DNA of 64,000 nucleotides. Source: Paragordius varius. Taxonomy: Eukaryota; Animalia; Nematomorpha. Under the pieces are notes generated by a model. The model was not told where the DNA came from, searched no databases, and was given only the letters and a program-made list of their open reading frames with translations. The translations under genes and the position numbers were made by a program. Numbering within the stretch: the first letter of the stretch is position 1; every line of letters begins with the position of its first letter. Below, piece by piece: positions 39,171 through 51,681 of the stretch. The DNA lies in assembly GCA_964247055.1 (NCBI GenBank), contig OZ176051.1, positions 9,114,001-9,178,000 of the forward strand, in the 5' to 3' direction.

Positions 39171-42100
39171 ATGTTGGATACCCTATTTTTCAGTCCTCTT
39201 GAAAAAAATCGAATCAATAAATTAGGAGGAAATAAATGTAACAAACTTTTTAGCGAAAATTTAACTCTACAAAATGATTATTGTATCAATCAACAAGTTA
39301 ATAATAACAAAAATAGCAAAGACTTATGTGAAATGATGAATGGATTAGAAAGTGAGAGTAATAAGAAATTTTGGTTAAAATGTATCAAACAATTTCCAAA
39401 ATCCAACAAAATTAAAACGACAAACTTATCTACAAAATTTCCCACTCATTTGAACCACCGAATAACGCCTGTGACCAAGGGAATACACAATCACACACAT
39501 TGCCCATTGTTTGAAAATGATGATATTTTTACCAATAAAAATGCGTCTAGACTGTTTGAAACTAAAACCTTAAATAATATATACGAAACATTATCAAACT
39601 TTATTCTTAATAATCAGAATGGAACCATTGAGAGGTTATTAATCAATACTAAATTTCAAACTGATCAAGACGTTTATAGTAAATATAACTCGCCGACAGA
39701 AAAATATCACAAAAAGAATTTACTATTGTCAAACAGAATACAGAGAAACGATAAAAAGAATGATAATGATTTGTTTGATATATTACTGAAGAATGAAAAT
39801 TTTTTATCCAACCAGCAATGCTGTGAAAAACTTTTGGAAGCTATTAGCTTTTGGATTATGAAACAAATTCATCTGGCAATGATTGCTATATTCTTTGAAA
39901 CCATGTATGTCATGAAGGAAAGCCATTCTATGCACAAAATGGTATGTCAATTCGATTGCACACGTTTTGATATGCATCAGAATGATAATAATGATGATAA
40001 TGGCAAACATTCATATATTAAATCGGTATCGGGAAATTATATATGGCAGCATAAGCCATATGAAAGCAAAGTGTATTCTGACCGAAAAAGGGTAAATCGA
40101 GAAAGTAATCGAAACATAAAGATACAAGCACATGTTGATGCCGATATTAATCAGATGAGACAAAGTAAAGGAATGAAATTGATAAGCCTATTTACAAACA
40201 AGTTTAAAAACTTACGGAATGCAAAAAAACCTGTGTTACAGACATCTGAAAATTATTTAATAGCAACTCCAAACAATCCATTTAATCGGGGCCATGAAGC
40301 GATGTTTGGATCGATTCAAAGAGGTTCTAATAAATATGGGCGCATTATTAAATCATGCACTGTGCTACCAATATCTAAAAGTAATTTATCACCTCCAATT
40401 CAATACTATTCCAAAAATAAAAGTAGCCATGATGTAGATTCTGTGTTTTCACCTTCCTACGATATAGTAACGTCGCTTAAAGATTGTTATAATACTTCAG
40501 AAATTAGGTTTATGTTAAAACTCTGGGAATTTATTATATCTAGAAATAACTCTAACGCATATGATTTGTGTCGAAAATTAGTTCTAAAACGATCGAATAA
40601 CCTTAATAATACATTATTTGCCCATAATATTGCTTCTATTTTTCTTTCTAACACTTCTAAAAGCACCATTATCCCAAAACCATATTCATTTAACCAGGAT
40701 TGGACTATCACAAATGATGAGAAAATCGATCTGGCTTGGGCAGAGCAAATAATTTTTAAATTTGAAAAAGACATATTATGTTTTAATTCCCAGCACATAG
40801 AACATTGGATAAAATCTATTGATAAGACATTGTATAGCCAGGGTTGGCAAGATCTAAACTTTTGTGACCACGTGGGAAACATTCTTTTTCTTTTCAGCCT
40901 TTTACAAAATCGTTTAAATATCGGCAAGTTGATAACATTAATTTTCAATAATATGTATCAACAACGTTCTGATATAAGATACTCATTTTCGACAGAATGC
41001 GATCGTGTTCTGAAAACGTCAACGCCATGTAATAACAGCTACGCTAAGACAAAATATAATACAAAGGAAAAATGTGGCGGTAATATTTCGCCTAAAAATA
41101 ATGATTGCAGTTTCTGGCCCCCAACAATCGAAATTTCATATGAAGATAATGAAAATATAGATTCGATTGACACATTAAATTTGTCTAATGAAATGAGAAG
41201 ACCTAATAAATTAGATTCTATGTTTAAATCAGCGACTGATTCTGGGTACAGTGAATCTCCTCTGCAATGTATGTCAGAAAATATATGTGACATGGGATCC
41301 CATCAAACAACTGGTTGTGATCGGTTAAAATCAGATTGGATGAAATTAGGGAAAAAACCACTTAGCCTTTTCGATTCAATATTTATGGCGATCGGCCGAT
41401 TGCAACAAAATACTAATTTGAAAGACAATAAAAATTCACTGCCTCCTATCATTGCAGAAGCATTGCGAAATTTTACCGAAATTAATGTTGGTGGAAGGGA
41501 TGAAGGTAAGCAATTATATTTTCCTTTAAGTTGTTAATGGATCTTATTTTTAAAGTTCAATATATATATATAACTAATTTTATATATTTTTAATAGATAC
41601 AGATAAAACCAAAGAAAATATATCAGAGTTTTATGATACTTTAATGGATGTTTGCAATATAAAATCGGTGATATGCGAAGAAATAATGACCTGTTTATAT
41701 TTAGCATATTGCTATCATGGTAATGAAATTTCGTACCCAGTCAAACCGTTTATAGAAGTAGTTTCAAAAGTTTTCAATCAACAAGTTAAGAAGCAAACTT
41801 ACAAAATGAAAAAAACAAATAAATATGGGAAATCAAAAACGGATTATGTTAAATCAACATATTATCCAAATCATAGCCAGCAGCTAAATGAAAAGCATAT
41901 TAAACGGCATACTTTATTTGGCATGAATTTTAAACAGTCATTTTCTTTGGCATTCGGGTCTATTAGAAAGGGTGCCAGAAAAAATGATGAATACATGCCT
42001 ATCACATCAAGAGAAGGAGCACAAAGCAGCGATGATAGTTACGTTGATAGTAATCGGAAAGATTCCCCCAATAATATTGACATTTCTCACAAAAATGAAA

Positions 42101-42375
42101 ACACCCAAATGTTTGATGAATGCGAATCTTTAATTTCCAATTATAACTTATCATCCAGGCTTTCTCTACTGTCCGATATAGGTATCGAACAAGATATACA
42201 CGAAGTCTTGACTCCAGAAACTATAAAAACCATTTTGGACAAAAATATGCGCACACGTTTTTGGGATAATTGTTTGCGCCTAGTTAATGATTGTAGTGGT
42301 ATTATGTTATGTGTAAATAGTTCTTCCAATCAAAACTATTTAAAAAGCCTTTTACAGGAATTATTGCTTATTTAA
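39171..42375 (+). CDS. CDK5R1: Cyclin-dependent kinase 5 activator (p35/p39 family), greatly enlarged, ~1037 aa, 2 exons
   Basis: Exons 39171-41505 and 41597-42375; 91-nt intron GTAAGC...AATAG, in frame (an alternative in-frame CAG at 41602 also works). Motifs: WIKSIDKTLYSQGWQD (p35 WLRSVDRSLLLQGWQD), TCLYLAYCYHGNEISYPVKPF (p35 [21 protein letters not shown]), RFWDNCL (p35 AFWDRCL). Confidence 0.9.
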
Positions 42376-43476
42376 TTAATATTTACAAATAAATTTGTAA
42401 GCTTGTGATTATTATATTTAGCATCACAAACATTATAAATGGCTTTAGTGAATAAATTTTTATAATTATTATATGAGAAGTAATTTACAATATAATCTAA
42501 TAAAATATTTTGAGTTAAATGATTTTACAGAAAAAGGTCTTAAACCCTTTTAAAAAGCATCAATGTTCTTACCGTTTTAATTATCTTAAATTCAATTTTT
42601 AGACAATAAACATAAATAATTTTATGTGATGAAACAATTATTGTCTAATCTTATATACATCATAACGGCATAATAAAAAATTTATAGAGCGTGCTGGCTG
42701 GCTATTTTTGCTACCAACCTTATCATGTTTTATCGTGTAAATATTTTACATAACACTTATATTAATCGTTTCGGATCCAAAATTTTAATAGGCTTCATTG
42801 TTCAATCTAATGATTTGCTTTATATTCCCAAACAAACTTATATTACCCAAACAAGCTACAAGCTATTAACAGCTGTTTTTGATGCGTATGAGAGATTTTA
42901 ACTTTATTAAATAAGTATGCTAATAACTTATATAGCCTTAACTTTGTTAGTTTGAGATAGGTGTAATGCTAGAATATAAAGTTGAATGCTATATATACAT
43001 TCATATTATATTAATTCAATCAGTCCTGTAATAATAAAGTGCTCGCAAAAATTCTTATGAAATATATTTTTATAAAAAACCATCGGAATTCTCATGGTGC
43101 TTTTGGTTTTAGGTCTTAAGAGTCATTTGTGAAAATATTTGCATTTTTTTGTTAGTTTTTCTATATCGATAATAGAAAAATTTGCACACTCCGAAAGTTT
43201 AAAATTTGCGGGCTCTTTAAAATGAATTGGTTTCCTTTAACACAAAAATGCCGTGGTTTCGCGATAAAATATTTTAAATTATAAAATCAAAACAAAAAAT
43301 GCATACCTTTTCCCCCTTTAATAGCTGTAAGCCAACGTTAAATGTAGGAAGTGCAACCGTATTTATCCTTTATGGATAATAGTAAACCGTAAAGTCCAGT
43401 GTTAGCAGGTAATAAAATTTCGTTATTTGATAATTTAAAAATCTGCACAAATGCGTATATAAGGTGATCCATATCC

Positions 43477-43526
<50 letters not shown>

Positions 43527-44220
43527 AGATCGGATCTACAACTAATATACAAATTATATGAACAAATATTAGTTGGGAAGCGAAAAATGCAGAGATTAAC
43601 TTGCAAGAGCCTAAAATTTTGGGCACTTACAGGCCAGGCTATGGTATATATATCCACCTGAATTGTTTTTAGGCTGGTTATAGCGAAAATTATCGGGGAG
43701 CCTTAGGCTATCTCTAGTTATAAAACCAAAGATTTGGATAAAACGCCTTAATATCATATGATAAAAGGGGACCAAAGCGTTATGAAGAGGCAAAAAATTC
43801 TTGAGCAGATTATGAAGGAGGAAAGGAAGGGAAATGCCAAAACAAACCCGAGCATGAGGGCAAGTTATATTGTAAAAGGATTAAGTTTTTGGCCAGTCAA
43901 AAATCGGCTGTTTGGCAATCATTCATTAATAACTAGCTTATATTACAAATATTTATTACCAAACTTATTGTAAATTAATATATTAGGACAACGAAAACAT
44001 AATAAGAATTTCAATTAAATATCTAACATCTTCACAATAAATTCTTTATGGAAGTATTTTTGATTATAGATAAACATATGAATTGAAATTATTTATATAA
44101 GCGCTGACAATGTAGGAATTAATAACCAGTCACCCAGCCCTAGTTGTTGAAAACTATATTTATGTAATAATCGATTAATCTTTAAAAATAGAAACAAATA
44201 AATTTTTACCTCAATGCATG

Positions 44221-45150
44221 CAGTGGCGTACCAACGGGGGGCAAGGGGGTGCATCATGCCCTCGGTGCCGTTATTTAGGGGCGCCTAAATGATTTTTTTA
44301 AATTAAATTTAGATTATGTAAAAATAATAAAAATCAAGTAAGATTATTCCGCAATTTACGTATCCCTAAAATAATATAAAATTATATAAATGACATCAAG
44401 AGAAAACATTATGCAAAAAACAACTTTCATGTTATTTTCTTCAATATGTGCAAACTTATTTTTGCCATCAAAAAACGTTTGTTTATCACGCACATATTGT
44501 TACTCTATTATTGCCTTTAATTAAAGTATTTAAACTTCTCTCTCTGTTCAAAATCTCACCTCTTACTCTTATTATTTATAATTGCATTTATTTTAATCAT
44601 ATTCAATTTTAAAACCCAATTTTATTTATCTTAATCCCCAAGATCATTCCATCTCTAACAAAGGTTTTTACTATATATATAGGTTTGTATTTTTTATAAT
44701 TACTTTCATTTTCATTAGATATCAATGCCAATCAGCGCTAATAGGAAACGAAAAATCCAGAATAAAACAAATAAAATGCGAATAAGTATGAAATCTTATT
44801 TAACGAAAATATCTGATAATATTAAAATGCATGCGACAAACGGTACCCTAATAATTTAAAACCTGGAACCCTAGTTATTGATGCAATAAATAGAGATGAG
44901 AAAATTACAAATATACCATTAGTAATTCTAAGCGCTATACCTATATATTTTAATGATGTCGCCTTTCTAAAAAATACTTCATATTATATATATATATATT
45001 TAATAGATTTATAATTTATATGACTGTGATGTCTTATCTATGGTGTTTGGGTAGCAATGTTTTTTTACTAAATTGTTTTGGCTTTCAAAAAATGGAGGGG
45101 GGCGCCATAAGAGTTTTATGCTTCGGGCGACGCAAATGCTCGGTACGCTA
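44221..45150 (+). mobile_element. hAT-family MITE carrying ~600 bp extra internal sequence
   Basis: Left TIR CAGTGGCGTACC; eroded right end GGTACGCTA; 8-bp TSD AATGCATG on both sides. Ends are homologous to 30287-30655. Confidence 0.8.
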
Positions 45151-47701
45151 AATGCATGTTTCCGAAAAATGAAAGAAAGATATGAAACGTAAATTTGGAT
45201 CTAACATAGGTAAAAACAAGATTATTTTGGTGGCTGAATTATGATGCCGTCAGGTTTATTATCGTCTCATATCTATTTTAATAAAATATAAAGTGCACAA
45301 TTGATAAAAAATTATGTATGGTTGAAAAAAAACATTTAAATATATTTAGTAATGTGGCTTTCAAATTTGTGAAAGTTATATCAACTTTAATCAAGGTTTC
45401 TTGCAAAATTAGAGCACATTATGTCAAATCTAATTTTGGTTAATTAAAGGCCTAAAAAAGTTATAAATATATTATAAATATAAAGAAATGAAACTATCTA
45501 TATGAATTCTGTCCTACATTTTTACAACGTTTAAAAAATTCAAAAATTTCAAACCAGAGTTGCGCATATAAGCTATACTTTAAAATATTTTTTATTATAT
45601 CATATTAGGTATTTTAAAACGGAAACGGCATAGAAATACTTTTAAACATTAGATTTATCTTTTTTATACACAAATCGATGTTTTTGAAGATTTACCACGG
45701 ATTTTTAATTAAACGATTTTTTCCATAAATTTTATAAAAAAAATATATTTTAAATTGATCTTAATCAATTTGAATAATTGAAATTTTAGCAACAATTTAA
45801 AAAGCCCGCCTATATATCTCGATGTTTCAGCGTTTATGTGAAAAAATTATTTGGCCCCCTTAGTATATCAAAAACATCCTAAATCCGGTCTCTTTTAATT
45901 TAATTATAATATCGCTAGCTAATTTAACACATATAGGTAGTTTTTTAGGATATTGGACCAAATTATAGATGTGAATCCTTTAGCCTTTTGGGGGCATAAT
46001 TAATTATTTTTAAAAATTAAAATGAACTCATAATTACAGGCAAATAGCTGTATATTAGGGTTACTGGATGGAAGTAAAGAAAGCTTTCTAATTACTTTTA
46101 GCAACAATTTTTGTTCTTGATTTTAAATCAGCTGTTTACTATAATCGTTTTGGAGCTATCCAAATTTCGTACTCCATAAAAAACCATAAACAAAAATTAT
46201 ATTATCTGATAAAGAAGATCATTTTTAATAGGTAAATTTTAGGAAAAAACCTTTAAGACAGAAGTTTATTTACACTTAAAGCGGAGAAAATACCCTAATA
46301 TGCAATCGACTTTATAAAAAGGTAAAAGTTCCATGAAAAACTTTCGACTTAATTTAATATTTGCGCTATTGCGTATTTCTGAAAATGAAAAGTTAATAAC
46401 CAATATTAAAAATAAAAGGAGAATATTACATTTCTCTCAGAATATACATCAAAATATGTCGCATAATGTTTAATTTGTTTTAAAATATTATATTTTGGGT
46501 TACCTGTAATATAAAGTTAATTATAGTATGGTTTGATCTATATAGCAAAATCGCAAAATTAGGACATTTTAAAAAATAATTATTTTTGGAAAAGCAATGC
46601 TTTATTGAAATTAATATCATTTCAAAATTAAAAACCAAAATATTTAACAAAAAAATTCCATGACTCCGAAAGTCCTCATAGTCTTAATTTAAACACAAAA
46701 ACCGATATGGAACAATAAAAAATTTAATATGCTAGTTTTTCACATAAAAAAGCACAAATAAATGAAATATAATATATATCATGACATTTAGGTCAAATGA
46801 GTTTAGAGTATTTTAAAGCCTGAAACGGTAAGAGCTGTTTTAAGATTTTTATAAACATTATTTGATGGTGCTTAACATTTCTATCCTCTAAGATTTTTCA
46901 TTTATTGATTAATAACTTGTGTATAAATTGCTTTATTAAAAAATTTAACTCAAATTTTAACGTAAACTAACATTCAAATCAAAATTCTGAGGTAGATATT
47001 TTTACCATAATCGATTACAAATATGTTTTTACAATATATAAGACAGTTTTACACCGTTTCCACATCCTTCAAAATACGATAAAACTCGTTCGCCATAATT
47101 ATAAAATAAATTTTTAAGCAAAATATCCATTTTTTGGGAAAAAAAATTTTTGATATAAAAATTTAGCACAGATAAAAATTTTATTGCACAGCATTGGTAT
47201 TTTAATTTTAAAAAACCCATTTTAGAAGGGTTCTAATTTCGTCTTTCGGAGCCTATGTCAAAATTTTTTGTTTAATATAAGTTTGTTGCTTTTCAAATAC
47301 TGTTTATGATTTGAATTTATAATATTTTTCCATATCCAAACTGATAAAATGTGCGCTTATTTTGCGATTTTTCGACATCAAGCTTTCTTAAATGCAAAGC
47401 ACCTTTTTATAGCACTTGTAAGCCGCAAAATTAACACCATGACAATTCGGTACATTTATCTATTTCTCAGAATGTATATGTTTGTGATAATTTTTATACC
47501 CCTCGATTTTGTGCGCAGTGTTGACCAGCTTAAGGCAAATGACGTGTATGAGATGTTTGCCCACGAGTAACAAACATATGGATTAGCCATGGTTTTACAT
47601 TATCTGGTATAAAAAAATTTAACTTAGCATTTAAATACCCCCTGAATAGGTTCCACCCTGTGTAAAATGCTGATTGATTTAATATTATAAAACCTCTAAA
47701 T

Positions 47702-47969
47702 CAGGGGTGTCCAACACGCGGCTCTCCGATATTATTCTGCAGCCCAAGAGAAATTAATTTTAGACTATCCAAGACTTGATTTTCTTAAGAAAATTTTTTG
47801 ATAAGCTTTCCGTATTTCGGCAGTAAACTAGCAAAATTAATATTAGTTTATACAGTTATGTTTAAATTCTAATAAAATATTTGTCAACGCCCATATATTT
47901 GCGAATGCCGCCCATCGGGTTTTTTGATCTCTAAATGCGACCAGCAGTCATTTGTTTTGGACACACCTG
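47702..47969. mobile_element. hAT (Charlie-like) MITE, 268 bp
   Basis: TIRs CAGGGGTGTCCAA / TTGGACACACCTG; 8-bp flanks CTCTAAAT / CTCTAAAA, resembling the Charlie NTCTAGAN target. Confidence 0.85.
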
Positions 47970-48822
47970 CTCTAAAACATATTGATTAAATGAAGATTTT
48001 AGATTCCTCAATAACGACAAAAATTATAGGCCAATTTAATTTAATTCGACTATGAGTATGGCTGCACCCCCTTAAAATGCACCATCTTATAAATAACTTG
48101 GCTTTGAATCTAATATTCAGGAACACTGCGATTATATGCATTCAATTTAATATTTCCCCTATAACAAAAATTTAAATCCAAAGCTTTTTTATCCGCTCTG
48201 TGGCTCCTAACCCTTTGCAAAATGTATTATAATATAACGTGGTTTTAAAGTCACGTCTATGCGATTGAAAACCGGTAATATCAATTAATTTTTAAATAAA
48301 CCGCTGGGTATAGGTTCACTCTCTGAAAGGCTTTACCATCTATAAAAAACGCTACCATTAAAAAAATTGGGATTTGAGGATAAATTTGTTCATGTTATGA
48401 AGTCTAGCTAATTGAATACTTAAAATTTGTTCGTGTTTTTAAAAATAAGTTGAATAGCCCAATCCACACCAACAAAAACCCTATCTGAAGCTAAATTTTC
48501 AGAAATCTTTTTACGATTATATTACAATATAACACCTGGGTAGAACCTAACCTTAAGATTCTAGAAAAAATGATTCGCTAATTTGAAACCTCATAGAGGT
48601 TATAAAATCATTATTTATTTTTCTGTTTTCAAAGCAAAATTAGCTAGGCTCCTTTTTATCAAGTTCTTCACCGTTTTGGAAAACGTCCACCGATTTTATT
48701 TATAATTAAACACTTTCATCACAGAAGTGCATGACGACAGTTAGCTATATTATATCTGTATTGATATAAAACACTTTTATGCGCAATTAACTGAGGCGCA
48801 CATGTTTATTTCTAATAAAACT

Positions 48823-50292
48823 TTAAATCAATGATAAACTATAGTGATTCAATGAAATATTATTATAAAAAATATTGCGATAATTTTTTAGATATCCATT
48901 AGCAAAATCAATGGCGGTCATACGTTTTCCTTTATATATAATTTCACGAAATAATAACCAATTTCGTGAAGCCTTAGGTTTATTGCATAATTGGTTATTC
49001 TTGTTTTGATTGGAATCAGTTGAGATGGCCACGGTATCAGAATATAAAATATTCAAGGGAAATGCAGAAATCGCCAAAGCATTATATTTGTTGGAATAAA
49101 ACATGAATCCTGGATTCAAAATCAAGGTGTTATTTGGTTTTGAATTGTTTAAGGTATTACCATACATTTTGGGTTTACAATTTAAAACCTTATCTAAGAA
49201 ATTTCTGCATTGCAAATTCATTTGGGTATTATGGTACTTAATTAAATTATTGATAGCGATTTTAGCATCTCTGTTTATTTGTACATTACCATTGTTTTCT
49301 TCAATAAACATTGGCGTTAAAAATAACGGTTTATGCAAAATTATAACATTATTACGAAAAAATGCTTTCCATCCACCATACCTTCCTGATAGGAGACCAT
49401 ACATTTTAATGACGTGGAAAGGATTCATGGTATCCCAATCTTTTATTTCCAGGAGACTTGGCCAATCATGTTTTTTGGCAAAACATATTTTATCTTGATA
49501 AGTAACATTTTCCTCCATATTTGATTGTTTTAATCCAAATGGAATTGATTGATAAATGTTACAAGCTAATTTGGAAGTTTGTGGGACACTGTAATGCTCA
49601 GTAATATGGCGAGCAGCTAATGGATATCTATTTGTGGCTAGAGCGTCAGTAATATGTAAACATAATTTAGCACCCAATTCAGCAAACCTATTTAACAATA
49701 AATTTGATAATATTCCGCCCCCTTCATTTACAACCCGTATAAGATTTTGCGGAAACTCATTAATTGGAAACAATGGTAAACATTGTCGTGTAACAATATT
49801 ATCAACATCAAACAATGGACGTTTATTAGACAATAGCGAAAATTGAATTTTGTTTTGAGAGTCCAATTGAATAATTGTCACACCCGATATAATATCATCT
49901 GCCATTAAAGCATTTTGAATAGGGCATGGACCCCTCCAATTTGGTAGCAGACTAGAGTGAACATTGAATAATCCGATTGGAAATAAATTCACCAAAGAAT
50001 TTGGAATATATTTTCCAAAAGAGGCAATAAACCCTATATCATATACAGTTTCAGCTTTAATATTTTTAAGCAAATCTTCGTATAAAACCGTTTTTGATTT
50101 TATTTCAGTATCAGCAAATAAATTACAAATTTTGGATAATATATGATTTGGATATGTTGAACATATATCCATAGTACTGAAGGGCAAAGGAATATTTTTA
50201 TAATGCCGATTTGTGCAGTCAGAGAGTAAATTGTAAAGAAAAAGAGTTGAATATCTATCTGATCCAAAACATAAAATTTTAAAACGCCTCAT
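48823..50292 (-). CDS. MTFMT: Methionyl-tRNA formyltransferase (mitochondrial type), intronless, 489 aa
   Basis: ILCFGSD N-terminal strand; IASFGKYIP; NVHSSLLPNWRGPCPIQ..GVTIIQL formyltransferase signature; C-terminal MTAIDFANGYL (human TATDFYNGYL). Confidence 0.93.
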   Translation of the reverse strand: MRRFKILCFGSDRYSTLFLYNLLSDCTNRHYKNIPLPFSTMDICSTYPNHILSKICNLFADTEIKSKTVLYEDLLKNIKAETVYDIGFIASFGKYIPNSLVNLFPIGLFNVHSSLLPNWRGPCPIQNALMADDIISGVTIIQLDSQNKIQFSLLSNKRPLFDVDNIVTRQCLPLFPINEFPQNLIRVVNEGGGILSNLLLNRFAELGAKLCLHITDALATNRYPLAARHITEHYSVPQTSKLACNIYQSIPFGLKQSNMEENVTYQDKICFAKKHDWPSLLEIKDWDTMNPFHVIKMYGLLSGRYGGWKAFFRNNVIILHKPLFLTPMFIEENNGNVQINRDAKIAINNLIKYHNTQMNLQCRNFLDKVLNCKPKMYGNTLNNSKPNNTLILNPGFMFYSNKYNALAISAFPLNILYSDTVAISTDSNQNKNNQLCNKPKASRNWLLFREIIYKGKRMTAIDFANGYLKNYRNIFYNNISLNHYSLSLI

Positions 50293-50297
50293 ACAAA

Positions 50298-50558
50298 TTA
50301 TTTAGGTTTTAGTTTGAATAATTTGTAAAAAATATTACATTCTTTTTTATTATCGTGAGAATGCGAGACTAATGTAGATAACGAAAAGGTATCGTCGCTT
50401 GTTAGGTTCAGTAGAATATTATTGATTTTAGCTGTTAATTCCAATTTTCTATCAAATGTTATACATTGAGGAACTTGTTCCAATTTAATATTATTGGGTA
50501 ACTGAACCAAAATAGACATTTCCTCAAAATTATCATCAATTTCCCAATGTTCATGCAT
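50298..50558 (-). CDS. 86-aa ORF immediately upstream of MTFMT; weak by-eye resemblance to TFIIIC subunit 6 (GTF3C6) N-terminal domain
   Basis: Open ATG-TAA frame with globular-looking composition (EEMSILVQL...KINNILLNLTSDDTFSLSTLV). The stop is 5 nt before the MTFMT ATG. Identity is unverified. Confidence 0.45.
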   Translation of the reverse strand: MHEHWEIDDNFEEMSILVQLPNNIKLEQVPQCITFDRKLELTAKINNILLNLTSDDTFSLSTLVSHSHDNKKECNIFYKLFKLKPK

Positions 50559-50607
50559 TTGAAAAACTTTGTTTTAAAAAGATTATTCATATGTAATATA
50601 TATTTAA

Positions 50608-51185
50608 CACTTGGATACAACACACTCATTTTAGTTCTTCGATTGAAATTGGGGTAGTTGGATACCCCAGGCCTGTTTAAAATCAAATACTTTAAAAAGT
50701 GAAGGAATCATAACCATGGCAAAATTTTACACTTATATAACATTAATAAACTGAAATATATAAAAAATTTTACTCAAAAATACTTAATATTACTTATTTT
50801 AAGCTAAAACCGAAAGGTAAAAATTTCGTCAACGTGACATGTGTCAAATTGTAAAATTAAAAAATAATACAAAATAAACCGCTTTTTCTATTTCAATTAA
50901 TGTTAGATGTAATTTATATAAAAAATTAGCTTTAGTTTTACCCTTAAAATTAAATGAAGACGATATTTTGCAAAAATTTTGTAAGATAAAAATGGCGTTG
51001 AAGTAGTTTGAGATGGATATTTTTTTCAAAACAAAATTTTTTGCAGATATTATGGCATATTTATATAATTATTATCAGGATAGAAGCATAAATTTAAATG
51101 AAGACCGTTTCCTTCAGTAGTTTTTTAAAAATATTAATTTAAATTTTGTCTGGGGTATTTAGATACCCCAATTTGAATCGAAGTG
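50608..51185 (+). mobile_element. piggyBac-type MITE, copy 3
   Basis: TTAA 50604-50607, CACTTGGATACAAC start, ...CCCCAATTTGAATCGAAGTG end; right flank is TTAT. Confidence 0.85.
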
Positions 51186-51330
51186 TTATTTTATCTGAAT
51201 AATTGATAACAACAGGTTTTTTTAATCTTATTTGGCATTTATTTAGAAAAAAAATAAAATAATATATAACAGTATTAGATAAATTACACATTCAGCTAAA
51301 AAACATTTATGAAATATAATGGTTAGTTAA

Positions 51331-51681
51331 CACTTGGATAAAACACTTCATATTAGTCCTTCGGTTATTGGGGTAGTTTCAGGCTTTTTAAAATTTAAAT
51401 ACTTTAAACTATTTGGAAGGAATCGGAACCATGGCAAAATTTTGCACTTATATAACATTCTATAAAAAATTTAATCAAATTTAGTAAAAAATGGCATCAA
51501 AGTAGTCTGACATGGAACTTTTTTTCAAAATCAAATTTTACTTAAATATTGTTTATTTTTTTAATATCTATTGGAATAGAAGCATGAATTTAAATTGGGA
51601 CCGTTTTCTTTAGTAGTTTTTTTAAAATATTGATTTAAATTTGATCTGGGGTATTTAAATACCCCAATTTGAATCGAAGTG
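51331..51681 (+). mobile_element. piggyBac-type MITE, copy 4 (internally deleted, 351 bp)
   Basis: TTAA on both sides; both termini intact. Confidence 0.85.

Noticed and set aside
50288-50339. Intron fusing the 86-aa ORF to MTFMT
   Set aside because: The donor is phase 1 and the acceptor phase 2, so the fusion is out of frame.
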